Positions 1 through 9,347 of a stretch of 32,000 nt of DNA are shown piece after piece. The stretch is from positions 480,001 to 512,000 of the forward strand of contig OZ245768.1 in assembly GCA_965227835.1 (NCBI GenBank), in the 5' to 3' direction. The DNA is from Candidatus Saccharimonadota bacterium. GTDB taxonomy: Bacteria; Patescibacteriota; Gracilibacteria; BD1-5; UBA6164. The notes below the pieces were generated by a model, which did not search any database, was not told where the DNA came from, and saw only the letters and a list, made by a program, of their open reading frames with translations. The position numbers were made by a program, and so were the translations under genes. Numbering within the stretch: position 1 is the stretch's first letter; each line of letters begins with the position of its first letter.

Positions 1-569
1 ATTTTTTCTATTTCTTTTAAATAATTTTCTATGAATTTATAAAAAAATACATTTGCTAATACATCTAATTCTTTTTTTACACTAAAATCTCTTTTTGTTA
101 TTCAAATTCAATACCTATTTATAAACTCTTTTTTATGATTATTTAATATTTTATCATCTATAATTTCATTTCCGAAATCTTGTAAGTAAATTAAAAAATT
201 ATAGATTTTTATATAAGAATTAATATCAATTGAATTAAACAAATTCATATAAGGTTCCATATTAATTCAATTGTACATAATTTTTAATCGTATTTTTTTA
301 TTTATTACATCTATTATATTTATTAAATATGTTCTATTTATTATATTATTTAAATTATCTATAGGTATTCAGCTTAAATCTAAATCTCAGTAAATTCAAA
401 TTAGAAATCAATGATCATAAAAAAAAGTATGTTTTTCTAATTTCTCCCAGGAAATAATACCTTTAGATTCTTTAACTATTTTTTCATAATGGTTGAATTG
501 TAGAGGAAGTAACTTTCTTCTTAATTTTTCTTTCGAAGAAAAATAATTTTTTATTTTATTTAAAAGCAT
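1..569 (-). CDS. LRR-like repeat family protein, paralog 1 (C-terminal end runs off the window)
   Basis: ATG at 569-567 on the minus strand. The frame is free of TAA/TAG to position 1 with TGA read as Gly. The N-terminus MLLNKIKNYFSS and blocks of the C-terminal half are nucleotide-identical to the 613..1518 gene. Only one GDLDLSG-type repeat unit is present. Confidence 0.75.
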
Positions 570-612
570 TTATTTAACTATTAAAATTATAATTTTTAAA
601 TTATTTCTATTT

Positions 613-1518
613 TTAATTTGTTTTTCATATAGCTCTTTGAAGTTCATTACAAATCCTATTTTTTATTTCTTCTCAAAAATAATACTCTATATAATCAAGT
701 TTTTCTTCTAATTTTTTATAAACTTCTTTAGCATAATTTTTTCTTTCTTCCTCGCAGACTCAATTATTTTTCATTAGATTTATTTTTTCTATTTCTTTTA
801 AATAATTTTCTATGAATTTAACATAAAATATATTTATAAATAAAGACAATTGTTTTTTTACTATATTTGATCTTGCCATTTTTCAAGTTCAATATATGCT
901 TATAAGTTCTTCTTTATAAACATTTATTAATTCTTTATCTATATCTTTATCTTCAAAATCTTGTAAGTAAATTAAAAAATTATAGATTTTTATATAAGAA
1001 TTAATATTCATTGAATTATAAATACCCATATAAGGTTTCATATTGGTTCAATTGTATATAATTTTTCATCATATTTTTACTTCTTTTTTACCTATTTCAT
1101 ATAGTATATTACTTAAAGTATCTATAGTTATTCAACTTAGGTCTAAATCTTTTCAAACATATTCTAAACCTTTCAAATTTTCTATAAGAGATCAGTTTAA
1201 ATATAAACTTCATTTAATAATTTTTGATATTATTAAATCTTTTATTTTAGAATTAGTTAAATATAAATCTCATGAAATACCTTTTAAAAGAACTAAAAAT
1301 TCTATCGATACTCAGCTTAAATCTAAATTTCATTCCCAATAAATTGAAATTAAAATTCAATCTTCATGAAAAATACTATATTCTTCTAATTTTTCCCAAG
1401 TAATTACACCTTTAGATTTTTCAATTATTTCTTTATAATACTTGAATCTGCTAGTAAGTAATTTTTTTCTCAACCTCTCTTCGGAAGAAAAATAATTTTT
1501 TATTTTATTTAAAAGCAT
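613..1518 (-). CDS. LRR-like repeat family protein, paralog 2
   Basis: 301-codon minus-strand ORF, checked codon by codon, with stop TAA at 615-613. It has about four 20-22 aa units of the type LxxLxxVGxDLxLxGxxI (e.g. LKGLEYVGKDLDLSGITIDTL). No signal peptide is evident. Confidence 0.8.
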
Positions 1519-1628
1519 TTATTTAACTATTAATTACAGAATTATCTATTTTAGATAATATATTTATTTTCTTATTTGTCAAGATTGCTTTTACCTTAAT
1601 AATACTATTTTAAAGACTTATAGAAATT

Positions 1629-1655
1629 AAAAAAATCTTCTAAAATATTAGAAGA
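1629..1655 (-). terminator. Putative intrinsic terminator of the ABC-F gene
   Basis: 8-bp stem tcttctaa/ttagaaga (1636-1643 / 1648-1655) with a 4-nt loop. On the minus strand it is followed by a run of seven U (1629-1635). It lies 28 nt downstream of the stop at 1683. Confidence 0.55.
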
Positions 1656-1682
1656 GTTCTAAAAAAATAATATCAAAAGATT

Positions 1683-3428
1683 TTATCTTTTATTCTTTCA
1701 AAACTTATCTTTCATTCTTTTAATTTGCCTATCACTTAGCTTTTCTTCTAAAACTAAATTAAGTTCGGCTTCATTATCAAATAAATTAAAATCCATATCT
1801 ATACCATTTTCAAGTTTAAATTTATAATCTTCATAATTACCATAAGAGACTGATAGTTCTCAATCACTTATAAACCATATATTCGTAGCTAGTTTATTTA
1901 CAAAATATCTATCATGAGATATAAAAAGTATAGTTCAGCTATATTTGGATAAACTATTTTCAAGAGCTTCTCTAGTATCGTAATCCATATGATTTGTAGG
2001 TTCATCAAGTATCAATAAATTTGAATCTATTTGACCCAAAATAGCAAATAAAAGTTTGGAAGTCTGCCCACCAGAAAGTTCACAAACTTTTTTGTCTAAA
2101 TCTGTTTTTTCAAATAAATAGTGATTCAAAAGTCATATTAAAAATTCATCTTTGTATCAAAATCCAAACTTAAAAAAATTTTCTCTTATACTTTTTTTCT
2201 TATCTAGTTCTTCATGAAGTTGAGAATAATAAACTATTTTACAGCTTTTTCATTTACTAAAAAGTCATTCTAAAACTGGTATTTGTCATATAATAGTCTT
2301 AAGCAAAGTTGATTTTCAAACACCATTATCTCAAACTATACCTATTCTTTGATTTCTAAATAGCTGTAAATCTCTTATATAAAATAAAGGATCTTTTCTT
2401 CATATAAAAACCTCTTTGAATATAAGCATTTTCTCTGAAGATTCAGGATAACACTCAAAAAAGAATTTAGTTTTTTTAGGAATTTGAGGTTTTTCAACTT
2501 TATCCATTCTATCAAGCATCTTTTCTCTTGATTTTGCCCAAGATGCTCTAGATCAAGCTCTAAATCTATTTACCAAAACCTCTTGTTTTTTTAAATATTC
2601 TTTCTGTCTCTCCCATTCATTAATTTTCTTTTTTTCTCTCTTCTCTCTTTCAATCACATAATTTGAATAATTAGAATGATAAAAATCTATTCCCAAACTT
2701 CATTTTAACTCATAAGTTTTATCACAAGTTTTATCAAGAAATTCTCTATCATGAGATATTATTACATATCAGTTTTTCCATTTATTTTTTAAATATGATT
2801 CTAGCCATTCAACTCAAGCTATATCTATGAAATTTGTAGGTTCGTCTAAAAATAACAAATCAGGTGATTGTAAAAGTATTTTTGCCAAAGCAACTTTAGT
2901 CCTTTGTCATCAACTAATCTCTTTTAATTTTTCATTCAAAAGTCATAAAATTCACAATCAACTAGAAACATTATGTATTTTATTATCAAGTTCATATCAT
3001 CAAATATTTCTAAACTGTTCTAAAATGGAGGTATATCTTTCTATCAAATTTATATTTTCATTTGAGACATCCATATTTTCAGATCATTTTTCTGAATTTA
3101 AAAGGACTTCCTCTTCCATTTTTTTCAAATCTTTTTCCATATCTAAAACATCTTTAAAAGCTTGTCTTAATTCTTCTTTTACTGTAATTCCTTCATTATC
3201 TCAATAAATTTGAGTTAAATATCAAACACTTATTCATCAAATATTATCTATAAATCAATCAAAATCTTTATATTCTCAAGTTAATATTTTAAAAAAGCTA
3301 GTTTTTCAAACTCCATTTGGTCAAACTATGGCAACTCTATCGTTTATATTTAAAATAAACTCTATATTTTTTAAGATTTCTTTATCTTTAAACTCAAGTT
3401 TATTTATCTTTATTTTTAAATGCTTCAT
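1683..3428 (-). CDS. ABC-F family ATPase (two ABC domains, no membrane domain)
   Basis: 581-codon minus-strand ORF, checked for in-frame TAA/TAG. The N-terminal Walker A is GPNGVGKT, with both flanking Gly written as TGA. The second domain has the signature LSGGQ and the Walker B motif LILDEPTNHMD (track ORF 1935..2129 is in the same frame). Confidence 0.9.
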
Positions 3429-3480
3429 TTATGAAAGTTTTTTATAAAATTTATTCAGTAAAGTTATTTATATATTTTTC

Positions 3481-3503
3481 AAATGGCTAAAGCCATCTGT
3501 TGC
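3481..3503 (-). repeat. Intergenic hairpin repeat, copy 1 (CAACAGATGGCTTTAGCCATTTG on the minus strand)
   Basis: Member of a 7-copy family. The stem is CAGATGGC/GCCATTTG with loop TTTA. It lies in the leader between the divergent ABC-F and ftsH genes. Confidence 0.8.
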
Positions 3504-3617
3504 TAGAAAAATGGAATTATTATTTCATGTATCTAAAGCAAATTATTGGCAAAAAAATGAAATTTTTGATTTCAAATAGTTAAATATGTATGTTACTAAA
3601 AACAAAGCTCCTAACCC

Positions 3618-3640
3618 CAGATGGCTAAAGCCATCTGTTG
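3618..3640 (-). repeat. Intergenic hairpin repeat, copy 2 (CAACAGATGGCTTTAGCCATCTG on the minus strand)
   Basis: Perfect 8-bp stem CAGATGGC/GCCATCTG with loop TTTA. Same orientation as copy 1. Confidence 0.8.
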
Positions 3641-3828
3641 TAAAGTTGTAAAAATATATATTATTTATAATATTTTTAATTTTCAAATTTTTTAATTATT
3701 TTTTTGCAAATATAATCATTTAAAATAAAATGCCTTAGCTAATATAGATTTACTATATTTAAAAAAATAAGACCTATTTGAAATATAGCTAAAATCAATA
3801 AAAAAGATATATTTTAATCCATAAAAAA

Positions 3829-5754
3829 ATGCCTAATAAAAACAAAAAATTCATTCCAAAAATAAATTTCAAAAAACCACAAAAAAAACCAAACAGCACC
3901 AAACCATTTTTGGTTTTGTTTTTAATATCAGCCCTTTTTGTTTTAGTTTTGCCATATTTAAAGAAAGGTGAAATTTACACAGACACTAAAATAGGAATTA
4001 ACAAACTAGAAAAAAATTTTTCACAAGGGAAATATGAAAAAATTCTAATAGATAAAAATAAAGCATTTGCTACCTATTCTTGAACATGAGAACTAAGTGA
4101 TAAATGAAGAATGGTTGTAATAGATAATTGAATGAAAAAAATTGCTAGAGATGTGATAATACTTCCAAATAATGATTCTATAGAAGAACTAGGATTAAAA
4201 AACAATGAAATAGATACAATAATAGAAGTAAAAGATAACAGCCGTGCTCAATTTTGGGCAAATATGCTACCTACTATTCTCACAATATTACTTTTTTGAT
4301 TAGTAGCTTTTTTCCTTCTTTGAAAAATGTGATGAATGGCAAATAGTGCTATGACATTTAGTAAATCAAGAGCTAAACTTTATGACAAAGAAAAAGACAG
4401 AGTACTTTTTAAAGATGTAGCATGAGCAGAAGAAGAAAAACAAGAACTTTTAGAAGTAGTTGATTTTTTAAAAAATCCTAAAAAATATAAAGATTTATGA
4501 GCTAAAATACCTAGATGAACACTTCTTGTAGGTCCTCCTGGAACTTGAAAAACTTTGCTTGCAAGAGCCGTAGCATGAGAATCAAATGTACCATTTTTAA
4601 GTATAAGTTGATCTGAATTTGTAGAAATGTTTGTATGAGTATGAGCAGGTAGAGTAAGAGATTTATTTCAAAATGCTAAAAAAATGGCTCCAGCTATAAT
4701 ATTTATAGATGAAATAGATGCTATTTGAAAGAAAAGATGACCTTGAAATTGAGGATGACACGATGAAAGAGAACAAACATTGAATCAAATATTAACTGAA
4801 ATGGATTGATTTGACAATGACACAAATGTAATAGTTATGTGAGCAACAAACAGAGCAGATGTACTAGATAAAGCTCTTCTTAGACCGGGTAGATTTGATA
4901 GAAAAATAACTGTTAATCTCCCTAATTTATCAGATAGGGAAGAGATACTAAAAGTACATTCTAGGAATAAAAAAATTTCTAGAAATATAGATTTTAAATC
5001 ACTAGCAAGTCAAACTGTATGATTTTCATGAGCAGATATGTGAAATTTATTGAATGAAGCTGCAATAATAACAGCTAGAAAAAATGAGAAATCTATATGA
5101 AATAAAACTATAACTGAAGCTTTTGAAAGAATAGTTATGTGACTTAGAAAAAAATCTCAAGTAATGAATGAGCAAGAAAAGGAAATTACAGCTTATCATG
5201 AAGTATGACATGCTTTGGTATGAAAATTATTAAAAAATACAGATCCTGTACACAAAGTTAGTATAGTTTCTAGATGATGAGCTCTTTGAGTAACTTGGTT
5301 TTTACCAGAAAGAGATGCACTTCTTACATCAAAAGCTAAATATTTAGATGAACTAGCAACCCTTTATTGATGAAGAGCAGCTGAGGAAATATTTTTTGGT
5401 GAGCAAAATATAACAACATGAGCAAGTAATGATATAGAAAGAGCTACAAAAATAGCAAGAGCTATGGTTATGAGATTTTGAATGTTTGAAGAAATTTGAG
5501 CTGAAAATTTTGTTTGAGAACTTGATATTTATTCTGGACAATGACAAAAAATGAGTATATCCGAAGAAACAACAAAAAAGATAGATGAAAAAGTAAAAAA
5601 TGTATTGAAAGAAGCTTATAATATTGCACTTGATCTTATAAAGAAAAATAAAAAACTTCACGATAAAATATCAAAAGATTTACTTGAAAAAGAAGAAATA
5701 AGCAGGGAAGAGTTTGAAGCTTATTTTACGGAAAAAAGTACTCCTAAATCTTAA
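3829..5754 (+). CDS. ftsH: ATP-dependent zinc metalloprotease FtsH
   Basis: 641-codon ORF. It has an N-terminal TM segment, Walker A GPPGTGKT (the Gly after T is TGA at 4546-4548), Walker B IIFIDEID and a C-terminal M41 protease region. Track fragments 3829..4083 and 5551..5754 are in the same frame. Confidence 0.95.
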
Positions 5755-5762
5755 AGAATTAT

Positions 5763-6422
5763 ATGGAAAGTAACAGTTTCTTAGAAGCCAAAAGACATAT
5801 ATTTATATGAGATATACACTGATGTTTTGATGAGTTTATGCTTCTTTTGGAAAAATTAAAAATAACCATAAAAGATAAAATTTATCTGACAGGGGACTTG
5901 ATAAATAAATGACCAAAATCTTATGATACTCTGAAATTTGTATATGAAAATAGAAATAGATTTTTTTGTGTAATGTGAAATCATGAGAATTGATTTTTAA
6001 AATGGTTAAAATGAAATATCAAAACTAAAAATAACAAAGAAACTTTTTTAGATTTAAAAGAAAAACTTGATTTAGAACCACATTTAATGGATTTCGTAAA
6101 AGATTTGCCTTTGTATATAGATAAAGAAAATTTCTTACTTTTGCATTGATGAATAATACCTTGAAAAGATTTGGAAGAACATATTGCAGATGAAATAACT
6201 GAACTTAGAGAATATGAATGAAAAGCTTGGTATGAATATTATAAATGAGATAAAAAGATAATTTATGGACACTGGGCTTTAGGTTGATTAAATATAAGAG
6301 ATAATACAATATGACTTGATTCATGATGCGTGTATTGATGATACTTATCGGCTTACATTTTGGAAACAGGGGAGCTGATTAAACAAAAAGCTCTAAAAAC
6401 TTACAAAGAAATTAAAGTTTAA
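5763..6422 (+). CDS. Metallophosphoesterase (PPP family, ApaH/PrpE-like)
   Basis: 219-codon ORF, checked codon by codon. Motifs GDIHGCFDEF, GDLINKGP, GNHEN and HGG appear in the canonical order. Confidence 0.85.
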
Positions 6423-6446
6423 AAAAGAAAGAATATAGTTAACTTT

Positions 6447-6469
6447 CAACAGAGAGCTTTAGCTCTTTG
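6447..6469 (+). repeat. Intergenic hairpin repeat, copy 3 (CAACAGAGAGCTTTAGCTCTTTG)
   Basis: Stem CAGAGAGC/GCTCTTTG with loop TTTA, 25 nt after the phosphoesterase stop. Identical to copy 7 (17599..17621, opposite strand). Confidence 0.8.
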
Positions 6470-6560
6470 TAATTGTATTTAATACAAAAAAACTTTATTT
6501 TCTATGAATATATAAATTTGGTTTAACCCTAGTAAGACATTACCCTAAGTTACCAATCGG

Positions 6561-6637
6561 ACCTCACACCCAATTTCTCTCCAACTCCACTTAACCCTAA
6601 CTATTTCCTATAAAACCTCACCCTAACCCTCTCCTTA
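6561..6637 (+). other. G-free, C-rich tract (77 nt, about 43 percent C, no G)
   Basis: Counted directly: 33 C and 0 G in 77 nt, in a genome that is otherwise about three quarters A+T. Copies of ACCCTA (= TTAGGGT on the minus strand) occur in and just upstream of the tract. Confidence 0.9.
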
Positions 6638-6739
6638 GAGTAGAGAGAATAGAACAGAGGGAATAGAATAGGAGGATAATAAAAATAGACAAAAAAGAAC
6701 TTTCTTTATATTTGCTCTGAATAATCTTACTTCAAAGAC

Positions 6740-6757
6740 AAGGGGTCTTGACCCCTT
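6740..6757. repeat. Perfect palindrome AAGGGGTC-TT-GACCCCTT abutting the 20-bp repeat array
   Basis: 8+8 bp dyad read directly. A near-identical copy plus the following TTGCATTTT occurs at 17702..17726. Confidence 0.85.
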
Positions 6758-6896
6758 GCATTTTGTCTTGAATTACTGCATTTTGTCTTGAATTACTGCA
6801 TTTTGCCTCGATCCATTGCATTCTATCCTAAACTCTTGCATTTTGCCTCAACCCCTTGCATTTTATCCTAAACTCTTGCATTTTAGATATTGATCT
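6757..6896 (+). repeat. Seven tandem 20-bp direct repeats (TGCATTTTGYCTYRA-N5), iteron-like
   Basis: Units start at 6757, 6777, 6797, 6817, 6837, 6857 and 6877, each beginning TGCATT(T/C)T. Units 1 and 2 are identical. A 20-bp period is not a multiple of 3, so the array is non-coding. Confidence 0.9.
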
Positions 6897-7017
6897 AGTA
6901 ATTAATTAAGAAAATCCTAAAGATTAACATCTTTGTTATTACCAAGTAATTGATTCTTTATATAACAATAAAGATTCTATTATAAGGTTCAAAAATTTAT
7001 AATTTATTATTAAAAAA

Positions 7018-7629
7018 ATGAATGAAATTATAAGCTATATAGTTAATATAGCAGAACAATTTGGTTATGTTTGAATTTTTGTGATGATGACAATAGAATC
7101 AAGTTTTATACCTTTTCCATCTGAAGTTGCTATGATTCCTGCTTGATATTTATCAAGTATATGAAAAATGAATTTTTCAATAGCCTTTATAGCTTGAACA
7201 GCTTGAGCTTTACTAGGTGCAACTATAAATTATGTATTAGCTTATCATTTATGAGAAAAATTAACAGTTAGACTTATAAGGAAATATTGAAAATATTTCT
7301 TCTTAGAAGAATCTTCTTACCTAAAAGCTGAAAAATATTTTTTAAAACACTGAATTATAACTATTTTTCTAGCTAGATTTATTACTGTTATAAGGCAATT
7401 AATAAGTTTACCAGCATGAGCTTTTAGGATAAATTTTGCTAAATTTTTCTTTTATACAGGACTTGGAGCATGAATGTGGAATTTAGGTTTAATGTTTGTT
7501 TGATATGTGGCTTGAGAAAACAAAGAGCTCATAGAAAAATATTCCTATGAGCTTTTGATATGAGGATTAATTTTTATAATTGCTGTTTGAAGTATTTATA
7601 TTTATAGAAATTCAAAAAAGAAAGTTTAG
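7018..7629 (+). CDS. DedA family membrane protein
   Basis: 203-codon ORF, checked codon by codon, with stop TAG. Sequence features include YVGIFVMMTIESSFIPFPSEV...PAGY, several TM segments and the FxARFIxVIRQLISLPAG motif typical of DedA/SNARE-associated proteins. Confidence 0.85.
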
Positions 7630-7637
7630 AAAAAATT

Positions 7638-8060
7638 TTATGCATTTAAAGCTTCATTTACTCTGTTTGGAGTAGAATCATTTAGTAATTCTTCTTCTGC
7701 ATTTATTTGTCTTTGTAGTCTAAGAATAGCACCTTGCTTATTCATTGGATTATATAAATCTATAGAACAAAATGATAGCATGGTTTCTTTTCTACCATTG
7801 ACATTATTATGTTCCTTGAGAAAATCATTATCTCTTTGAGTAGTTTCATATATTTCTAATGCTATTTTACTTAAATCATCATCATCACTGGTTGATTCTA
7901 TTGCATCTAAAAATGCTTGAAATAACTCTTTGTAAAAAAATGCGCATGAACCGGCTATTTCTACTGATTTAAGTTCAAGTGTACCATTTAATCTTTCATA
8001 AACTTTTTCTATTCATTCTAAAACTCAAGGTTTTTGTGTGTCACTATTATTAATTGTCAT
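7638..8060 (-). CDS. Hypothetical protein (140 aa)
   Basis: Minus-strand ORF, checked codon by codon (ATG 8060-8058, TAA 7640-7638). I recognise no motif. A TTGACT -35-like box lies upstream. Confidence 0.65.
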
Positions 8061-8138
8061 AAGTAAAAAATTAAAAAAAATAAAGTATTGTTATTATAAT
8101 AATTTAAAAAATAAGTCAAATTAAGGTTTTTGGAAGGA

Positions 8139-8453
8139 TTATTCGTCAACAGTATGAGGATTTATTAGTTTATTATAATCTACTTCACCACTACTTATTT
8201 GTTCTTCTTCAAATCTTCTAAATTCATCTTTGTCTAGTAATTCTACTTCATCTAATCAATAAGATCAATTTTTTCAAGAACTATTTATTGCATTTGAATT
8301 TAAATAATAATCCTCTCAATTTTCTCCTGAATCTAAAATTTCTCAAGTATTAACACTAAAACAATCTAAAAAATTTTCCACATCTGAATCTAGTCATAAA
8401 CTTCAAAATCAAGAATTATCTAACCCGTCAGATATTAATTCAGCATTTGCCAT
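8139..8453 (-). CDS. Hypothetical small acidic protein (104 aa), N-terminus MANAELISDGLDN
   Basis: Minus-strand ORF, checked codon by codon, roughly a quarter Asp/Glu. It shares its promoter, 5' UTR and first 13 codons with the 8768..9265 gene. Confidence 0.7.
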
Positions 8454-8484
8454 AATTATAAAAATTAAATATTAAAGTATAATA

Positions 8485-8513
8485 ATTATAATATACTTAA
8501 TAAATTAAGTCAA
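8485..8513 (-). promoter_or_regulatory. Consensus sigma70-type promoter of the 8139..8453 gene
   Basis: On the minus strand: TTGACT (8513-8508), a 17-nt spacer, then TATAAT (8490-8485). It lies about 30 nt upstream of the ATG. Confidence 0.6.
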
Positions 8514-8658
8514 AAATCTAAAAAGTTTTTTTATTTATTCATTTATTATTATTTCTGGAGTAAGTAAGATCTATTTTAGAATCTTGAAATAGAATATATG
8601 AAGTTAAAACAATAGGGAATTATAGAATAATTTATTTTAAAATTTAAACACCAAAAGC

Positions 8659-8689
8659 AAAAATAGATACTTTTTAAGTATCTATTTTT
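8659..8689 (-). terminator. Hairpin terminator downstream of the 8768..9265 gene
   Basis: 13-bp stem aaaaatagatact/agtatctattttt with a 5-nt loop. Both arms carry T/A runs, so it could work in either direction. Confidence 0.5.
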
Positions 8690-8767
8690 AGAAATTTTAA
8701 ATACTAATAATTAAATTATTTTTTTAGGCTCTTTATATCATAAAATTTAAGTTCTTTAGAATCCACA

Positions 8768-9265
8768 TTAAAATTTACGTTTTTTAATCTTTGGATTATA
8801 TAATTTAGCTCCTGAACTATTTGCGATTTTTTCTTTACTATTTGGCCTTTCCCATTTGATTGAACCTTCATACGGTCCGAACATGATTCCTGTTTCTGCT
8901 CCAAATCAAAATTCACGTGTTTTACTAAGAATTTTCTGGTGTAAATATTCAATATCAACAAGATCAAAACCTTCTAAATTAAATCATGTTCTTTCAGCTT
9001 CATCTAATAGAGCTCTAAACTTATTATAATTTTCTAAAACATAGTGAATAGGCTCACTATCATAAAGAAGAGATAAAGCCTGTAATTCTAATAACATATA
9101 AATTACATTTGAAGGTTGAACTAATCTACCTATGATACTTTTCGTTCAATCTAAAGTTCTTAAAGTATTCTTTGACAATGAATCAATATTATTTCATGAA
9201 TTTAAACTTTTATCAACATTTAACTCATTATCTAACCCATCAGATATTAACTCACCATTTGCCAT
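8768..9265 (-). CDS. Hypothetical protein (165 aa), N-terminus MANGELISDGLDN
   Basis: Minus-strand ORF from ATG 9265-9263 to TAA 8770-8768; every in-frame tta/cta was checked. It is out of frame with the track ORF 8716..8967, which I judge to be an artefact. Confidence 0.7.
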
Positions 9266-9297
9266 AATTATAAAAATTAAAAATTAAAGTTATAATA

Positions 9298-9326
9298 ATT
9301 ATAATATACTTAATAAATTAAGTCAA
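9298..9326 (-). promoter_or_regulatory. Consensus sigma70-type promoter of the 8768..9265 gene
   Basis: On the minus strand: TTGACT (9326-9321), a 17-nt spacer, then TATAAT (9303-9298). It is part of the 150-bp duplicated block. Confidence 0.6.
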
Positions 9327-9347
9327 AAATCTGAAATTTTTTTCAAA

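Noticed and set aside
2827-3207. The track ORF on the + strand (126 aa), and similar track ORFs at 1043..1342, 5353..5661, 15566..15874, 16191..16487, 16574..16819, 17001..17225, 18934..19188, 22061..22249, 24868..25131, 26572..26781, 29423..29947 and 31369..31824.
   Set aside because: All lie antisense to well-supported code-25 genes (ABC-F, the LRR family, ftsH, the TPR gene, ftsA, the glycosyltransferase, pilD, rlmD, grpE, Clp). Their translations are low-complexity F/L/I/S-rich strings.
6521-6640. TTAGGG/CCCTAA motifs as telomere repeats or a linear-replicon end.
   Set aside because: There are only four or five dispersed copies, not a tandem array. They are embedded in the middle of ordinary chromosomal genes.
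6757-6896. The 20-bp repeat array as a CRISPR array.
   Set aside because: The units are contiguous with no spacers, the period is far too short, and no cas genes are nearby.
6423-7017. The repeat-rich spacer as the chromosomal replication origin (oriC).
   Set aside because: No dnaA or dnaN is nearby. The best DnaA-box-like words (TTATCCTAA) have two mismatches to TTATCCACA. There is no obvious strand-bias switch of genes around it. It is kept only as an iteron-like array of unknown function.
8716-8967. The track ORF on the minus strand (83 aa).
   Set aside because: It is out of frame with the 165-codon ORF 8768..9265. That ORF starts with the duplicated MANGELISDGLDN module and is open across the whole region under code 25.
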